From positions 1-38,488 of IMG/VR virus record IMGVR_UViG_3300048855_000191: 38,488 nt of DNA; one strand, 5' to 3'. This document shows, one piece after another, positions 25,672 through 35,036 of the stretch. Position numbers and translations under genes: made by a program. The notes under the pieces are model-generated. The model ran no database searches. It saw only the letters and a list, made by a program, of their open reading frames with translations, and was not told where the DNA came from. This stretch comes from a virus. Its lineage: Duplodnaviria; Caudoviricetes. The stretch's first letter is position 1, and the number at the start of each line of letters is the position of its first letter.

Positions 25672-26964
25672 ATGGCCGAGAGCAAAACCAACGTCCCATC
25701 GGGCGCCACCGGCGCCATGATCCAGCAGGCCGTGGGGGTCTTCCACACCTGCATGCAGCGCAACACGACGCTGAATCGCCTGACCGGCAAGATGCCGACG
25801 ATCGAGAACGCGATCGCCGGCGCGAAGCGCCAGTCGAAGCCGACGATGCCGATCGTTCGAGCCGATGACCTCGGCAAGAACAAGGGTGACGAGATCACCT
25901 TCCACCTCGACAACCCGATCAGCGGCTACCCGATCATGGGCAGCGAGCACGCTGAGGGCAAGGGCGTCGGCATGTCCTTCTCCGAGGACCGGCTGCGCGT
26001 CAACCAAGCGCGCTTCCCGGTGGACATGGGCAACACCATGACCCAGATCCGCACGCCCTACGACCTGCGCCGCCTCGGCCGCCCGAAGGCGCAGCAGCTG
26101 ATGAACGACTACATCGACCAGTCGATCCTCGTTCACCTGGCCGGCGCCCGCGGCTTCCATGACAACAAGATCGAATGGCGCGTGCCGCTGGCATCGCACC
26201 CCAAGTTCAAGGAAATCATGGTGAACCGGGTGAAGGCGCCGACGCGCAACCGGCACCTCGTGGCCGGCGGCGGCGCGGTGGGCGAGGTGAAGGCGAACGC
26301 CGGCGAGCTCGTCATTGCGTCGACCGACATGTTCTCCATGGACGTGGTGGATTCGCTGCGCTCGTGGATGGACCAGATCCCGCTGCCGCCGCCCCCAGTC
26401 GAGTTCGAGGGCGACCTGGCGGCGACCGACAGCCCGATCCGCGTCGCGCTCGTGTCGCCGGCCCAGTACAGCGGCTTCGCCACCAACCCGGACTTCCGCA
26501 GCTTCCAGGCCAACGCCTATGCGCGCGCCCGGCTCGCGAAGGATCACCCGCTGTTCCTCGGCGACGTGGGCCTCTGGAATGGCATCCTCATCGTGAAGAT
26601 GCCGAAGCCGATCCGCTTCTACGCGGGCGACGAGCTCCGGTACTGCGCCGCGTATGACAGCGAGGTCGAGACGGGCGTGGTCGTGCCGGCGTCCTTCGGC
26701 ACGAGTTTCGCGGTCGACCGTGCTCTCCTGCTGGGCGGCCAGGCGCTGGCGCAGGCCTTCGGCAGCTCGGAGCACAGCGGCATCCCGTTCTTCTGGAGCG
26801 AGGTGAAGGGCGACCACGGCGACAAGCTGGAACTGCTGATCGGCGCGATCCTGGGCATGTCGAAGATCCGCTTCGCGGTGGATCACGGCGACGCCACCCA
26901 GTTCACCGACCACGGCGTGACCGTGCTCGACACGGCGGTGCGCATCATCAAGCCGCGCGGCTGA
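25672..26964 (+). CDS. Major capsid protein (DUF4043 / N4-gp56-like)
   Basis: DLGKNKGDEITF, HLAGARG, HPLF.G..GLWNGIL and RALLLGGQALA.AFG; strong GGAGG RBS. Confidence 0.88.
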   Translation: MAESKTNVPSGATGAMIQQAVGVFHTCMQRNTTLNRLTGKMPTIENAIAGAKRQSKPTMPIVRADDLGKNKGDEITFHLDNPISGYPIMGSEHAEGKGVGMSFSEDRLRVNQARFPVDMGNTMTQIRTPYDLRRLGRPKAQQLMNDYIDQSILVHLAGARGFHDNKIEWRVPLASHPKFKEIMVNRVKAPTRNRHLVAGGGAVGEVKANAGELVIASTDMFSMDVVDSLRSWMDQIPLPPPPVEFEGDLAATDSPIRVALVSPAQYSGFATNPDFRSFQANAYARARLAKDHPLFLGDVGLWNGILIVKMPKPIRFYAGDELRYCAAYDSEVETGVVVPASFGTSFAVDRALLLGGQALAQAFGSSEHSGIPFFWSEVKGDHGDKLELLIGAILGMSKIRFAVDHGDATQFTDHGVTVLDTAVRIIKPRG

Positions 26965-26971
26965 TGCCCAC

Positions 26972-27000
26972 GGGGGCCGGTCTCGGCCGGCCTCCTTTTT
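26972..27000 (+). terminator. Rho-independent terminator after the capsid gene
   Basis: GGGGGCCGGT-CTCG-GCCGGCCTCC-TTTTT. Confidence 0.75.
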
Positions 27001-27031
27001 CACCCCTCACGAAATTCACAGGAGGCCAACC

Positions 27032-27511
27032 ATGGCAACCATCAAGAAACTGGGCTTGGGCCTGCAGCAGTTCGGCGGCTTCACCCCTTACGGCAATCTC
27101 ACCACGCTGCGCTCGGTGCTGCAAACCGCGGCCGACGGCGGCGCGATCAACGCCGACAGCGCCGCACCGCTCGCCGTCGGCGATGTGGTGGTGCTCGACA
27201 AGCTGCCCGAGGGCATGGTGCTCGAGGATTCGCAGGTGATCGTCTCCACCGCGATGACCGCGGGCGTGACCGGCTCGCTCGGCTTCATCTACGCCGACGG
27301 CGGGGACAGCGCCGATGTGCCGCAGGACGCTGCCTACTTCGGCACCGGCCTGGCGCTGAACGCGACGGGCCGCCTGCGCGCCAACACGGCCAAGGCGCCC
27401 GTGAAGCTCGCCAAGCCGGCGCTGCTGGTGCTGACCATCGCCGGCGCGGCCAACGCCAAGGTCTCGCGCGTCGACGTGATCGTTCACGGCGAACGCATGG
27501 GCCCGAAGTAA
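27032..27511 (+). CDS. Probable capsid decoration/cement protein
   Basis: Directly after the capsid gene; Ala/Gly/Val-rich beta protein (GDVVVLDKLPEGM). Confidence 0.6.
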   Translation: MATIKKLGLGLQQFGGFTPYGNLTTLRSVLQTAADGGAINADSAAPLAVGDVVVLDKLPEGMVLEDSQVIVSTAMTAGVTGSLGFIYADGGDSADVPQDAAYFGTGLALNATGRLRANTAKAPVKLAKPALLVLTIAGAANAKVSRVDVIVHGERMGPK

Positions 27512-27529
27512 TCGGCGGCTCGGCATAGC

Positions 27530-27560
27530 GGGGCGGGGCCGACGGCTCCGCCCCTTCTTC
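27530..27560 (+). terminator. Terminator-like hairpin
   Basis: GGGGCGGGGCC-GAC-GGCTCCGCCCC-TTCTTC. Confidence 0.55.
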
Positions 27561-27580
27561 ACATTCACGAGGAGCTTCCC

Positions 27581-28027
27581 ATGGCCGACAGCCAACTCGT
27601 CGCGGTGACGTACACCGGCACCGAAACGCCTTTCCTGGACCGCATCTACCGCTCGCGGCTGACCTTCGACCCAAACCAGACGCGCCAGGTGCCGGCCGAG
27701 CTCGCCACCAAGTTCCTGCTGCATGCCGACGTGTTCAAGGCGGCCGACGAGAATGCCGCCGCCAACTCGGTCGAGAGGAGCGAGGAGCCTTCCGTGCCGA
27801 AGGATGACACCCAGGAGCAGCTCGAGGGCGCCAAGAAGGCCGAGGACGAGCGGCGCCAGAAGGAGAACCAGCGGTTCGAGTTGCACCAGCAGATCGACAA
27901 GATGGACAAGCAGGCTCTGCGCGACTGGACGAAGACGAAGTTCCAGCAGGATCTCCCGGGCAATCTGGGGGTAGAGAAGATGCGCGATCGCGTCAAGGGT
28001 TTCGTGGACCAGTACGGAGCGCCATGA
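27581..28027 (+). CDS. Hypothetical virion-module protein
   Basis: GAGGAG RBS; C-terminal HeH/LEM-like helical motif (MDKQALRDW). Confidence 0.7.
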   Translation: MADSQLVAVTYTGTETPFLDRIYRSRLTFDPNQTRQVPAELATKFLLHADVFKAADENAAANSVERSEEPSVPKDDTQEQLEGAKKAEDERRQKENQRFELHQQIDKMDKQALRDWTKTKFQQDLPGNLGVEKMRDRVKGFVDQYGAP

Positions 28028-28692
28028 CCCTGCAGGATCTGATGCGGCGCTTCCGCGTCCTCGCCAATGACAAGGTGCAGCCCTATTTCTGGGCCGATGC
28101 CGATGTCAAAGACTGGCTGAACGATGCCCAGGCTCAGGCCGCGGCGCGTGGCCGTCTCTTGCGCGAAGAGGCGAACGCGGCGGTGTGCCGCATTGCGCTC
28201 GTGCCCGGGCAGGCCACGTATCGGCTCCACGCGGTCGTCTTCGAGATCATCAGCCTGCAGCTCATCCCGGCCAACGGAGACCGCGCGCGGGCGCTGCGTC
28301 TCGTGTCGCGCGAGTGGCTCGGTGCCGAGGTGCCGGGCTGGCGTGAGCGCGTCGAGCCCGCCCAGTTTGCGGTTCAGGATGACACCTCGTTGCGGCTCGT
28401 CGGTGAGTTCGAGCTTGGCGATGTGCTCGCGCTGGAATGCTACCGACTGCCCCTGGCGGCCATGGTCGAGACCACCGACAAGCCCGAGATCCACGCCGCG
28501 CACCACGAGCACCTGCTGCTGTGGGCGCTCCACAAGGCATTCAGCATCCCGGACACCGAGGCCTTCGACCCGGCGCGCTCCGACAGGGCCGAAGCGGGCT
28601 TCACCGCGTACTTCGGCCTCATGCCCGATAGCGACCTGCGGCGCATCACGCGCGAGGACGTGCAGCACCACAACCGGGGCATCCTGGTATGA
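28024..28692 (+). CDS. Probable head-tail adaptor protein
   Basis: MTLQDL...FW.D...WLNDAQ and PEIH..HH..LL.WAL..AF pattern. Confidence 0.65.
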   Translation: MTLQDLMRRFRVLANDKVQPYFWADADVKDWLNDAQAQAAARGRLLREEANAAVCRIALVPGQATYRLHAVVFEIISLQLIPANGDRARALRLVSREWLGAEVPGWRERVEPAQFAVQDDTSLRLVGEFELGDVLALECYRLPLAAMVETTDKPEIHAAHHEHLLLWALHKAFSIPDTEAFDPARSDRAEAGFTAYFGLMPDSDLRRITREDVQHHNRGILV

Positions 28693-28910
28693 GCACGACC
28701 CTGGTCCACATCGAGCTCCGCGCCGGCGAAACCGTGCGCATCGGCGACGCGCTCGTGACGCTCACGCAGAAGTCCGGGCAGCGCGCGCGCCTCGCGGTCT
28801 GCGCGGATCGCAGCATCCAGATCGTCCGCCCCGGCGGGCGGCAAACCACCTGCGCGCAGGAGTGCGCTTCTTCTACAGAAGAGGCCTCCCATGGCAAACA
28901 CGCTCTATGA
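28689..28910 (+). CDS. CsrA/RsmA-like small protein
   Basis: LRAGETVRIGD-ALVTL...GQRARLAVCADRSIQIVR aligns by eye with E. coli CsrA RRVGETLMIGDEVTVTV...GNQVRIGVNAPKEVSVHR. Confidence 0.65.
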   Translation: MSTTLVHIELRAGETVRIGDALVTLTQKSGQRARLAVCADRSIQIVRPGGRQTTCAQECASSTEEASHGKHAL

Positions 28911-29298
28911 CGCTGCGCGTCAGCGCTTCCTCGAAGGCCAGTTCAACTGGCTGACCGACACGATCAAGATCATCCTGGTGGACACCGGCGCGTACACGCC
29001 GCAGACCGCGATCCACCAGTACCTGTCGGACATCCCAACGTCCGCGCGCATCTCCGGCCCGGTGACGCTCACCGCGAAGGCAACCACCGGCGGCGCGGCC
29101 GACGGCGCCGACGTGACCTTCACGGCGGTCTCGGGCGCAAGCATCGAGGCCATCGTGATCTACCGCGACACGGGCACCGAATCGACCAGCCCGCTGATCG
29201 CCTACATCGACACCGCGACCGGCCTGCCCATCACGCCGAACGGCGGCGACATCATCGTGACCTGGGACAACGGCACGAACAAGATCTTCAAGGTCTGA
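28891..29298 (+). CDS. Virion structural protein (beta-rich)
   Basis: Strongly biased codons; Thr/Ala/Gly-rich; PITPNGGDIIVTW. Confidence 0.75.
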   Translation: MANTLYDAARQRFLEGQFNWLTDTIKIILVDTGAYTPQTAIHQYLSDIPTSARISGPVTLTAKATTGGAADGADVTFTAVSGASIEAIVIYRDTGTESTSPLIAYIDTATGLPITPNGGDIIVTWDNGTNKIFKV

Positions 29299-29302
29299 AC
29301 GC

Positions 29303-29617
29303 ATGTCTGGCACCCGACCCGAGCCCATCCGGGTGGGCGTCGAAGGCATCGCCCCGACCCCCATCGAGTTGACGCCCGCGCAGGCTGCGCGGCCGGTGGA
29401 CTGGCGCGCCGTGGGCGCGCTGCCTCCGTTCCAGATGTTCGTGCACGAGCTCGCGCCGTGCCCGCCGGGGCGCGACTCGCAGCAGTGGGCCATCGACTAT
29501 GCGGTGCGCTATGCCGGTCAGCGCGGCAATGACGTGCTGATGGCGGAGTACTCGAAGTGGCATGGCGCCAAAGGGCACTGGCCGGCCGAGACGCCCCTGG
29601 GGCAGTTGAAGGAGTAG
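29303..29617 (+). CDS. Hypothetical protein
   Basis: ORF fills the operon gap; WHGAKGHWP.ETP.G. Confidence 0.65.
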   Translation: MSGTRPEPIRVGVEGIAPTPIELTPAQAARPVDWRAVGALPPFQMFVHELAPCPPGRDSQQWAIDYAVRYAGQRGNDVLMAEYSKWHGAKGHWPAETPLGQLKE

Positions 29618-29619
29618 CC

Positions 29620-30705
29620 ATGGGCGTTGCAAACACAGGGTTCCGCCTCCGCGCGAGCACCCCCAACACGGTGGCCGGCTTCATCGAGACGGCCAACACC
29701 TACTGGCAGGCGCTTGAGGATGCGGGCATGCAGCGCGTGTCCGCGGCGAACTATGCAGGGCAGGCTGGCCGACTGGTGAGCGGCACGGCGGGGACCGACG
29801 AAACGCAGTTCACCGCATTGGGCACAGCCAACGGGCAAGGGGCCTGGTACTACAACGTCTACAAGCACCCGGTGCTGAACTTCTACTTGCGCGCGGCTGT
29901 GAACGAGGCTGGTTTCTCGGGCGCCACCCATCGCTGGGCCTGGATTCGCGCGGAGTTCTTCTTTGAATTGGACGGAGCCGGTGGCCATGTTCCGTCGGGC
30001 TACCTCGCCGCCAACCCTCTCGATTGGTACTCCAGCGCTGGCGTGTCGACTGCAGCGAACGGCATCACAGCGGCATATAAGAACCTCTATGTCAGCGTCG
30101 GGGACGATCATCTGTGGATCGGTAGCGAACCGGTCTCTTTTCCAATCACCACCCAGAGCTACCCTGGGTTCTACTACGCGCCGGGTCACTGCGGTGTGGG
30201 CTACGGCATATTTGCGGACACAGATGGAGCTGGCTCGCTGGCGCTGTTGCTGCCAGCGCGAGCGGTCAACTATGGTGGCGGCACTTCGGGCTCCTTCTAC
30301 TGGGGTGCGTCGGACCCAGCCCTGTACAACAACGCCTACCAGTACTCGGCAATCAGGTACTGGACCTGCGAGCCGGGCGCAAAGACGTGGCTGTTCCGCG
30401 GCGGTGCAGCGGCCGGCTTCATCCTTGATGCCGCAACGCCATCCACCAGCGTTGGGACTCGCGTCCAGCAGGGGCAGCTCTACATCAATGGCGTGCTGCG
30501 AAAGTTCAACTTCGGTTTCGTGCCGGAGGCCGCCGTCACCGACGCGGCCGTCCTCGAACTGAACCTGACAGGCGCCGGCGCAGGGAAGTTCCGGGCCATG
30601 AAGGGCTTCGGGCCCGCGAACCCGGGGATCGCGGGCAACTCCTCCACGACCGGCTACGACACCACGAGCAACTCGGCCATCATCCTGCCTTGGAACTCGC
30701 CGTAA
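29620..30705 (+). CDS. Putative tail fibre/receptor-binding-like protein 1
   Basis: Gly/Ala/Tyr/Trp-rich beta protein with divergent codon usage; GGAG RBS. Confidence 0.55.
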   Translation: MGVANTGFRLRASTPNTVAGFIETANTYWQALEDAGMQRVSAANYAGQAGRLVSGTAGTDETQFTALGTANGQGAWYYNVYKHPVLNFYLRAAVNEAGFSGATHRWAWIRAEFFFELDGAGGHVPSGYLAANPLDWYSSAGVSTAANGITAAYKNLYVSVGDDHLWIGSEPVSFPITTQSYPGFYYAPGHCGVGYGIFADTDGAGSLALLLPARAVNYGGGTSGSFYWGASDPALYNNAYQYSAIRYWTCEPGAKTWLFRGGAAAGFILDAATPSTSVGTRVQQGQLYINGVLRKFNFGFVPEAAVTDAAVLELNLTGAGAGKFRAMKGFGPANPGIAGNSSTTGYDTTSNSAIILPWNSP

Positions 30706-31046
30706 TGGCCTACGACGTGACCCCGGCGCCCGCGGACATCATCCTGCCGTTCTTCCGCGACGCTGGCTCGTATCACGTCCCGCGCGTCGGTGCGGGACGG
30801 CTCGCGGGGGAGTTTCCCGACGGCACCACGACTGTGGACGGCGTGCCAGTTGCAGCGGAGGTCCGCGTCCTGCTGCGCACCGCCTCGAGCGCGACGGGCG
30901 ACGGCGCAGTCGTGGCGGTGGTGCAGTCCGCGCCGGACGGCACATGGCTGGTGGCGAACCTGCCGCCGGGCCTCAAGTTCGATGTGGTCGGCCGCAAGAG
31001 CGGGCACAACGATGTGATCGTCGCCAACGTTTCCCCGGAGGTCTAG
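30705..31046 (+). CDS. Small Ig/prealbumin-like beta-sandwich protein 1
   Basis: GRLAGEFPDGTTTVDGVPVAAEVRVL...S..DGTW.V..L....FDVV; paralogue of 31771..32121. Confidence 0.7.
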   Translation: MAYDVTPAPADIILPFFRDAGSYHVPRVGAGRLAGEFPDGTTTVDGVPVAAEVRVLLRTASSATGDGAVVAVVQSAPDGTWLVANLPPGLKFDVVGRKSGHNDVIVANVSPEV

Positions 31047-31047
31047 C

Positions 31048-31774
31048 ATGGTTGCCACCACCAAAGTTTCCTGGTCGGCGAACGCGCGAGTTTCAAGCGT
31101 CGCGTTCGCGAAGGAATGGATCTCGGCCTTCTTCGCAAACCTCGACGCATGCGGGCTGGTGCAGACCAGCGACTCTGGCCAGCTCGATCCTTCGACCATC
31201 GCGGCCTTACCCGCGATCGGCGAATACTTCGGCTACCGCGTGTATCGATTCGACGACGCGCAGCAGAGCAACAAGCCTGTCTTGATCCGCTTTGCCCCCT
31301 ATATCGGCAATTTCGGTGGCGGGCTCAGCGGCGCCGTTGCTCCTGACGATCTCCCGCCCGCTCGACGCGGCGGGCGCGCCAACGGCGGAAGGCGTCGTCA
31401 TCTCGCTTCCGCTCGACGTTTACGACATCAGCGGGAACACCGGCAGCACCGGCATGCTGCTCAAGACCGGGTTCCTGAGCGCGGCGATGGGCGCGTTCAA
31501 CACTGCGCTGACCCCGTTCGTCGGGGGGCAGGCTGCGGCAGCGGCCGGTGGCAACACGCAGATCCAGCGCACCTACTACCTGGCACCTTCGATCAAGGCC
31601 AATCCGGCGCTGACGCTGTACTGGAACACGTCTATGCCCGTTGGCGATCAGTTCGAGGCAGCCGTGGACGGCATCGCGCGCACCTACATCACGCTGGGCA
31701 ACGCCACGGGCGCTCACGCGGACGCTGCGAGCGGCCGCGGTGCCGCGTTCGCCATGCTCTGGGGAGACCTGTGA
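31048..31774 (+). pseudogene. Putative fibre-like protein 2, frameshifted near 31330-31345
   Basis: Protein-like sequence runs in the 31048 frame to about GGLSGA, then continues in the +1 frame (LLLTISRPLD...FAMLWGDL). Confidence 0.65.
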
Positions 31775-32121
31775 GCATCGTTCTCGTGCCCGACCACTGG
31801 CCGCAGGTGCGGGTGGGAAGCATTGCCGTTCTCACTCCCTCGGCGCGCCGGCTGCGCAAAGGCACGGGCACGCTCTCCGGTTCGTTTCCCAACGGCATCA
31901 CATCGGTCGACGGTGTGCCGGCGCCGGCCGAGGTGCGGGTGCTGCTTCATACGCCTTCCGGTGGCTATGGGGATGGTGTCGTGGTTGCGGTCACGCAGTC
32001 GTCGGCCGCGGGCACCTGGAGCGTGAGCGGCCTGCCGCTCGATCTCACCTACGACGTGGTGTGCCGTCACGAGAGCTTCAACGACTTGATCTTGTCCAAC
32101 GTGACCCCGAAACCGATGTGA
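31771..32121 (+). CDS. Small Ig/prealbumin-like beta-sandwich protein 2
   Basis: GTG with GGAG RBS overlapping the upstream TGA; clear paralogy to 30705..31046. Confidence 0.72.
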   Translation: MSIVLVPDHWPQVRVGSIAVLTPSARRLRKGTGTLSGSFPNGITSVDGVPAPAEVRVLLHTPSGGYGDGVVVAVTQSSAAGTWSVSGLPLDLTYDVVCRHESFNDLILSNVTPKPM

Positions 32122-32126
32122 GGTGA

Positions 32127-35036
32127 GTGGTGGCATACGTCCCGCCCGAGGGTGACGAACTGAGCTTTGCCTTCTCGGATGGTGCGTACGCTCCACCCGA
32201 AGGCAATCTTCTGGCCTTCGCATTTCTCTCGCGGCCTCCGTATGTGCCGCCCCTCGGCTCGAAGGTCGGGCTCGAATTCGGTGAGGCGGGCTACGTGCCG
32301 CCCATTGGATCGAGGGTCGCGCTCGAGTTCGTGCGCAGCTCGGGGCCGCCGAGCGAAAACCAGTTCGCCTTCCCGGTGGGATGGGACTCGGCTGAACCAG
32401 GCGCACCGGCCTTTCGCAATGGCCGGGAGTTTCTCCGCCCTGGCGGATTCGCGACGTTCGGCGTCGGCGCGTCGCTCGTGTGGAAGTTCCACACCTTCGT
32501 GGCACCGAGCGGCTTCAACGCCAGCGCCGTGGGTGCGCTGGTCGCGCAGCTCAAGCACCGGCCGGTGGTGGCCGGCGGCGTCAATGCGGGTGCCGCGGGC
32601 AATCCCACCATCATCAACCGCAATCGCCACGTCGCGGCCGGGAACATCGCAGCGCCAGCGTGGGGCGCGAACCCCACGATCTGGCTGTACACGCGATATC
32701 TGCTGCCGACGGGACTGCTGGCCACTGGCACCTCCAGCACCAACCGCGTCAGCCACGACCGGCAGTACGCGCAGCTCAACGCGGGCATTCCAGCACCAGG
32801 CTTCGGCACGGCCTGGATCAGCCACGGCACCCGCGTGGTGTCGCCAACCGGGGTGTTCCTCGATGCGGTGGCGCGGCCCAGCGTGGGGGGCACGCGCTTC
32901 CTCACGCCGCCCGGGTGGGACTCGGCGGTCTTCGGGACGCGGATCATTCCCGAGTCGCAGACGGTGGCGCCGCTGGGGTTCCGCGAAGCGTGGGGCGCGA
33001 CGGCGATTAAGAACCACCTGGCCTTCGTGCTGCCGTCCGGGTTCGAGACGAACACCCAAGAGCAATTCCGATGGGGGCGGCCGGAGCTCTGGAACCTGCG
33101 CCAGCTCGTGGTGCAGAACTACGATGCGACCGACGGGCTGAACCCACCGCCCTGGTCGCAATGGACGTTGGTGGAGAACCGTAGTCGGATGGTGTTCGTG
33201 CTCGGCGTGGTGCCGCCGCGCTCGGGTGAACCGCAGATCTTCAACAACGCCCGCGTGGTCGCGCCGGCGGGCATGGTCCCGCCGGGCTATCCGGGCACCG
33301 CGCCTGTGGGAATGGTTGCCTTCGGGGTGCGCCGACTGCCGCTCGAGGGCATCGAGTCACCGCCCGTGCTGGGCTGGACAGCCGTGCACAACGCCGCGCG
33401 CGTCATTCGGCCTGCAGGGGAGAGCGGCCAAGACTTCGGCACGGCCATGCTGGAGAACACCCGGCGCTACTACAGCCGCTTCGGCGACATCGATTCGGCG
33501 TCGTACGGCGCGGCTTTTATCGCCTTCGCGATCCGCTCCATCAGCATGGAGCCGCGCTACGCGATCCAGCCGCCGGATGTGCCGCTGCCCGAGGTCAAGC
33601 TGTACACGCGCTACATCGAGCCGAAGCCCGACGACATGGCGGCGTTCGGCCTGCCAGCGCTGAGCGTCCACTTCAACATCGTGGCGCCGAAGTGGGCTCA
33701 TCGAGACCTGATCGGCGAGCCGCTGATCTTCAACGTCACGCCGGAAGTGCGCGCCTTCGGCTGGAACGCCGAGGAGCTCGGCAATGCGTTCGTGCGGCTG
33801 CAGTGGCGGCCGGTCTCGCCGGACGGCAGCAGCATGCAGCTGTTCGGGCAGGCGCGTGTTGCCGACCGCACGCAACGCATCGCGGTTCCGGGGAACAACC
33901 TGCTGCGCATCGGGGACAAGCTGGTTGTGACGAAGACGGGAGCGCCTCCCTACTCGCCCCAATGGATCGTGCAGGACGACGAGCCGCTGCCCGGAAGCGT
34001 GTTCGGTAAGCCAGGGCTGAACCAGTACGTGCTCTACGCCTTCGGCGTGGCGGCACCGGCCTTCGGCAACGCCGAGGTGCGGAGCAACGTGCTTCAGGTC
34101 GACGCCGGCATCAAGGTGGATGGCTACGGCGTGCCGGTGCTCACGCTGGGTAGGCGCACGGTGGAGGTCGGCGAGTGGCCGCTGTCGCAGGTGTTCGAGC
34201 CGTCGCCCGCGCGCGTGACTCCGCACACCATATGGGCGGTGGTGGAGGCGCCCGAGCAGGCGAAGCGCAATCACAGCGCCGGAAACCTGCACTACGTGGG
34301 CCAGACGAACCAGTACGGGCCCGGCGCCCGGTTCGGCAATGCGTGGGTCAGCACCTACCGAGGCCAGCTGCGGCCGTCCACCGTCGGCGACACCGCGCGC
34401 ATCGGGGTGCACAGGATTTACCTGCACCGCCGCTACGTCGAGCCGCCAGGGCTTCAGGCCTATCGCGTCGGCTCGGTGAACGTGGGAGACGGGCGGCAGT
34501 TCGTCGCGCAGTTCGCGGCGTCGGACGCGCTGCGGATCGGAACTGCCAGTGTGGCCCGCGGTGCATACACGGGCCCGCAGACCGTCAGGCCCGGCGGCTT
34601 GAACGCCCTTTCGTTCGGGCTGACCTGGGCATCGCTCCTGCACCGGACGCTCCCGATCGCGGGCTTTCATTCGCTGGCCATGGGCTCCTCGCGCGGCGAG
34701 GGCCCGTACCAATGGCAGTCGCTGCACGTCGGGCCGCCGATGCCAACCATTCCCCGAGGCTTCGAGCCTCTGGTGTTCGGCGCCGCGTGGATCTCGCTGC
34801 GCGTGCGCGGGGCAGAGCCGCCAGGATTCGATGCGTTCGCATGTGAATACGACCTTGAGCATTTCCACGAGCGCATGCGCGTGCGCAATGCCTACGTGCC
34901 GCCTGGGCCGCCCCCGCGCGCGGTGGTGCCTGTGGGGATCGACCTGCCGGCGCTCGGCGTGCCCAATGCGTGGCCTGCAGTGCACTACATCCGACCGGAC
35001 GGCAACGCCGACCAGTATCGAAAAGGAGCCTTCTGA
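32127..35036 (+). CDS. Large repetitive virion structural protein (969 aa)
   Basis: N-terminal YxPPxG repeats and recurring P.G....FG.A.V units. Confidence 0.8.
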   Translation: MVAYVPPEGDELSFAFSDGAYAPPEGNLLAFAFLSRPPYVPPLGSKVGLEFGEAGYVPPIGSRVALEFVRSSGPPSENQFAFPVGWDSAEPGAPAFRNGREFLRPGGFATFGVGASLVWKFHTFVAPSGFNASAVGALVAQLKHRPVVAGGVNAGAAGNPTIINRNRHVAAGNIAAPAWGANPTIWLYTRYLLPTGLLATGTSSTNRVSHDRQYAQLNAGIPAPGFGTAWISHGTRVVSPTGVFLDAVARPSVGGTRFLTPPGWDSAVFGTRIIPESQTVAPLGFREAWGATAIKNHLAFVLPSGFETNTQEQFRWGRPELWNLRQLVVQNYDATDGLNPPPWSQWTLVENRSRMVFVLGVVPPRSGEPQIFNNARVVAPAGMVPPGYPGTAPVGMVAFGVRRLPLEGIESPPVLGWTAVHNAARVIRPAGESGQDFGTAMLENTRRYYSRFGDIDSASYGAAFIAFAIRSISMEPRYAIQPPDVPLPEVKLYTRYIEPKPDDMAAFGLPALSVHFNIVAPKWAHRDLIGEPLIFNVTPEVRAFGWNAEELGNAFVRLQWRPVSPDGSSMQLFGQARVADRTQRIAVPGNNLLRIGDKLVVTKTGAPPYSPQWIVQDDEPLPGSVFGKPGLNQYVLYAFGVAAPAFGNAEVRSNVLQVDAGIKVDGYGVPVLTLGRRTVEVGEWPLSQVFEPSPARVTPHTIWAVVEAPEQAKRNHSAGNLHYVGQTNQYGPGARFGNAWVSTYRGQLRPSTVGDTARIGVHRIYLHRRYVEPPGLQAYRVGSVNVGDGRQFVAQFAASDALRIGTASVARGAYTGPQTVRPGGLNALSFGLTWASLLHRTLPIAGFHSLAMGSSRGEGPYQWQSLHVGPPMPTIPRGFEPLVFGAAWISLRVRGAEPPGFDAFACEYDLEHFHERMRVRNAYVPPGPPPRAVVPVGIDLPALGVPNAWPAVHYIRPDGNADQYRKGAF

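Noticed and set aside
29620-32121. Diversity-generating retroelement or invertible shufflon
   Set aside because: No reverse transcriptase, invertase, near-identical TR/VR pair or inverted crossover sites are seen in the window.
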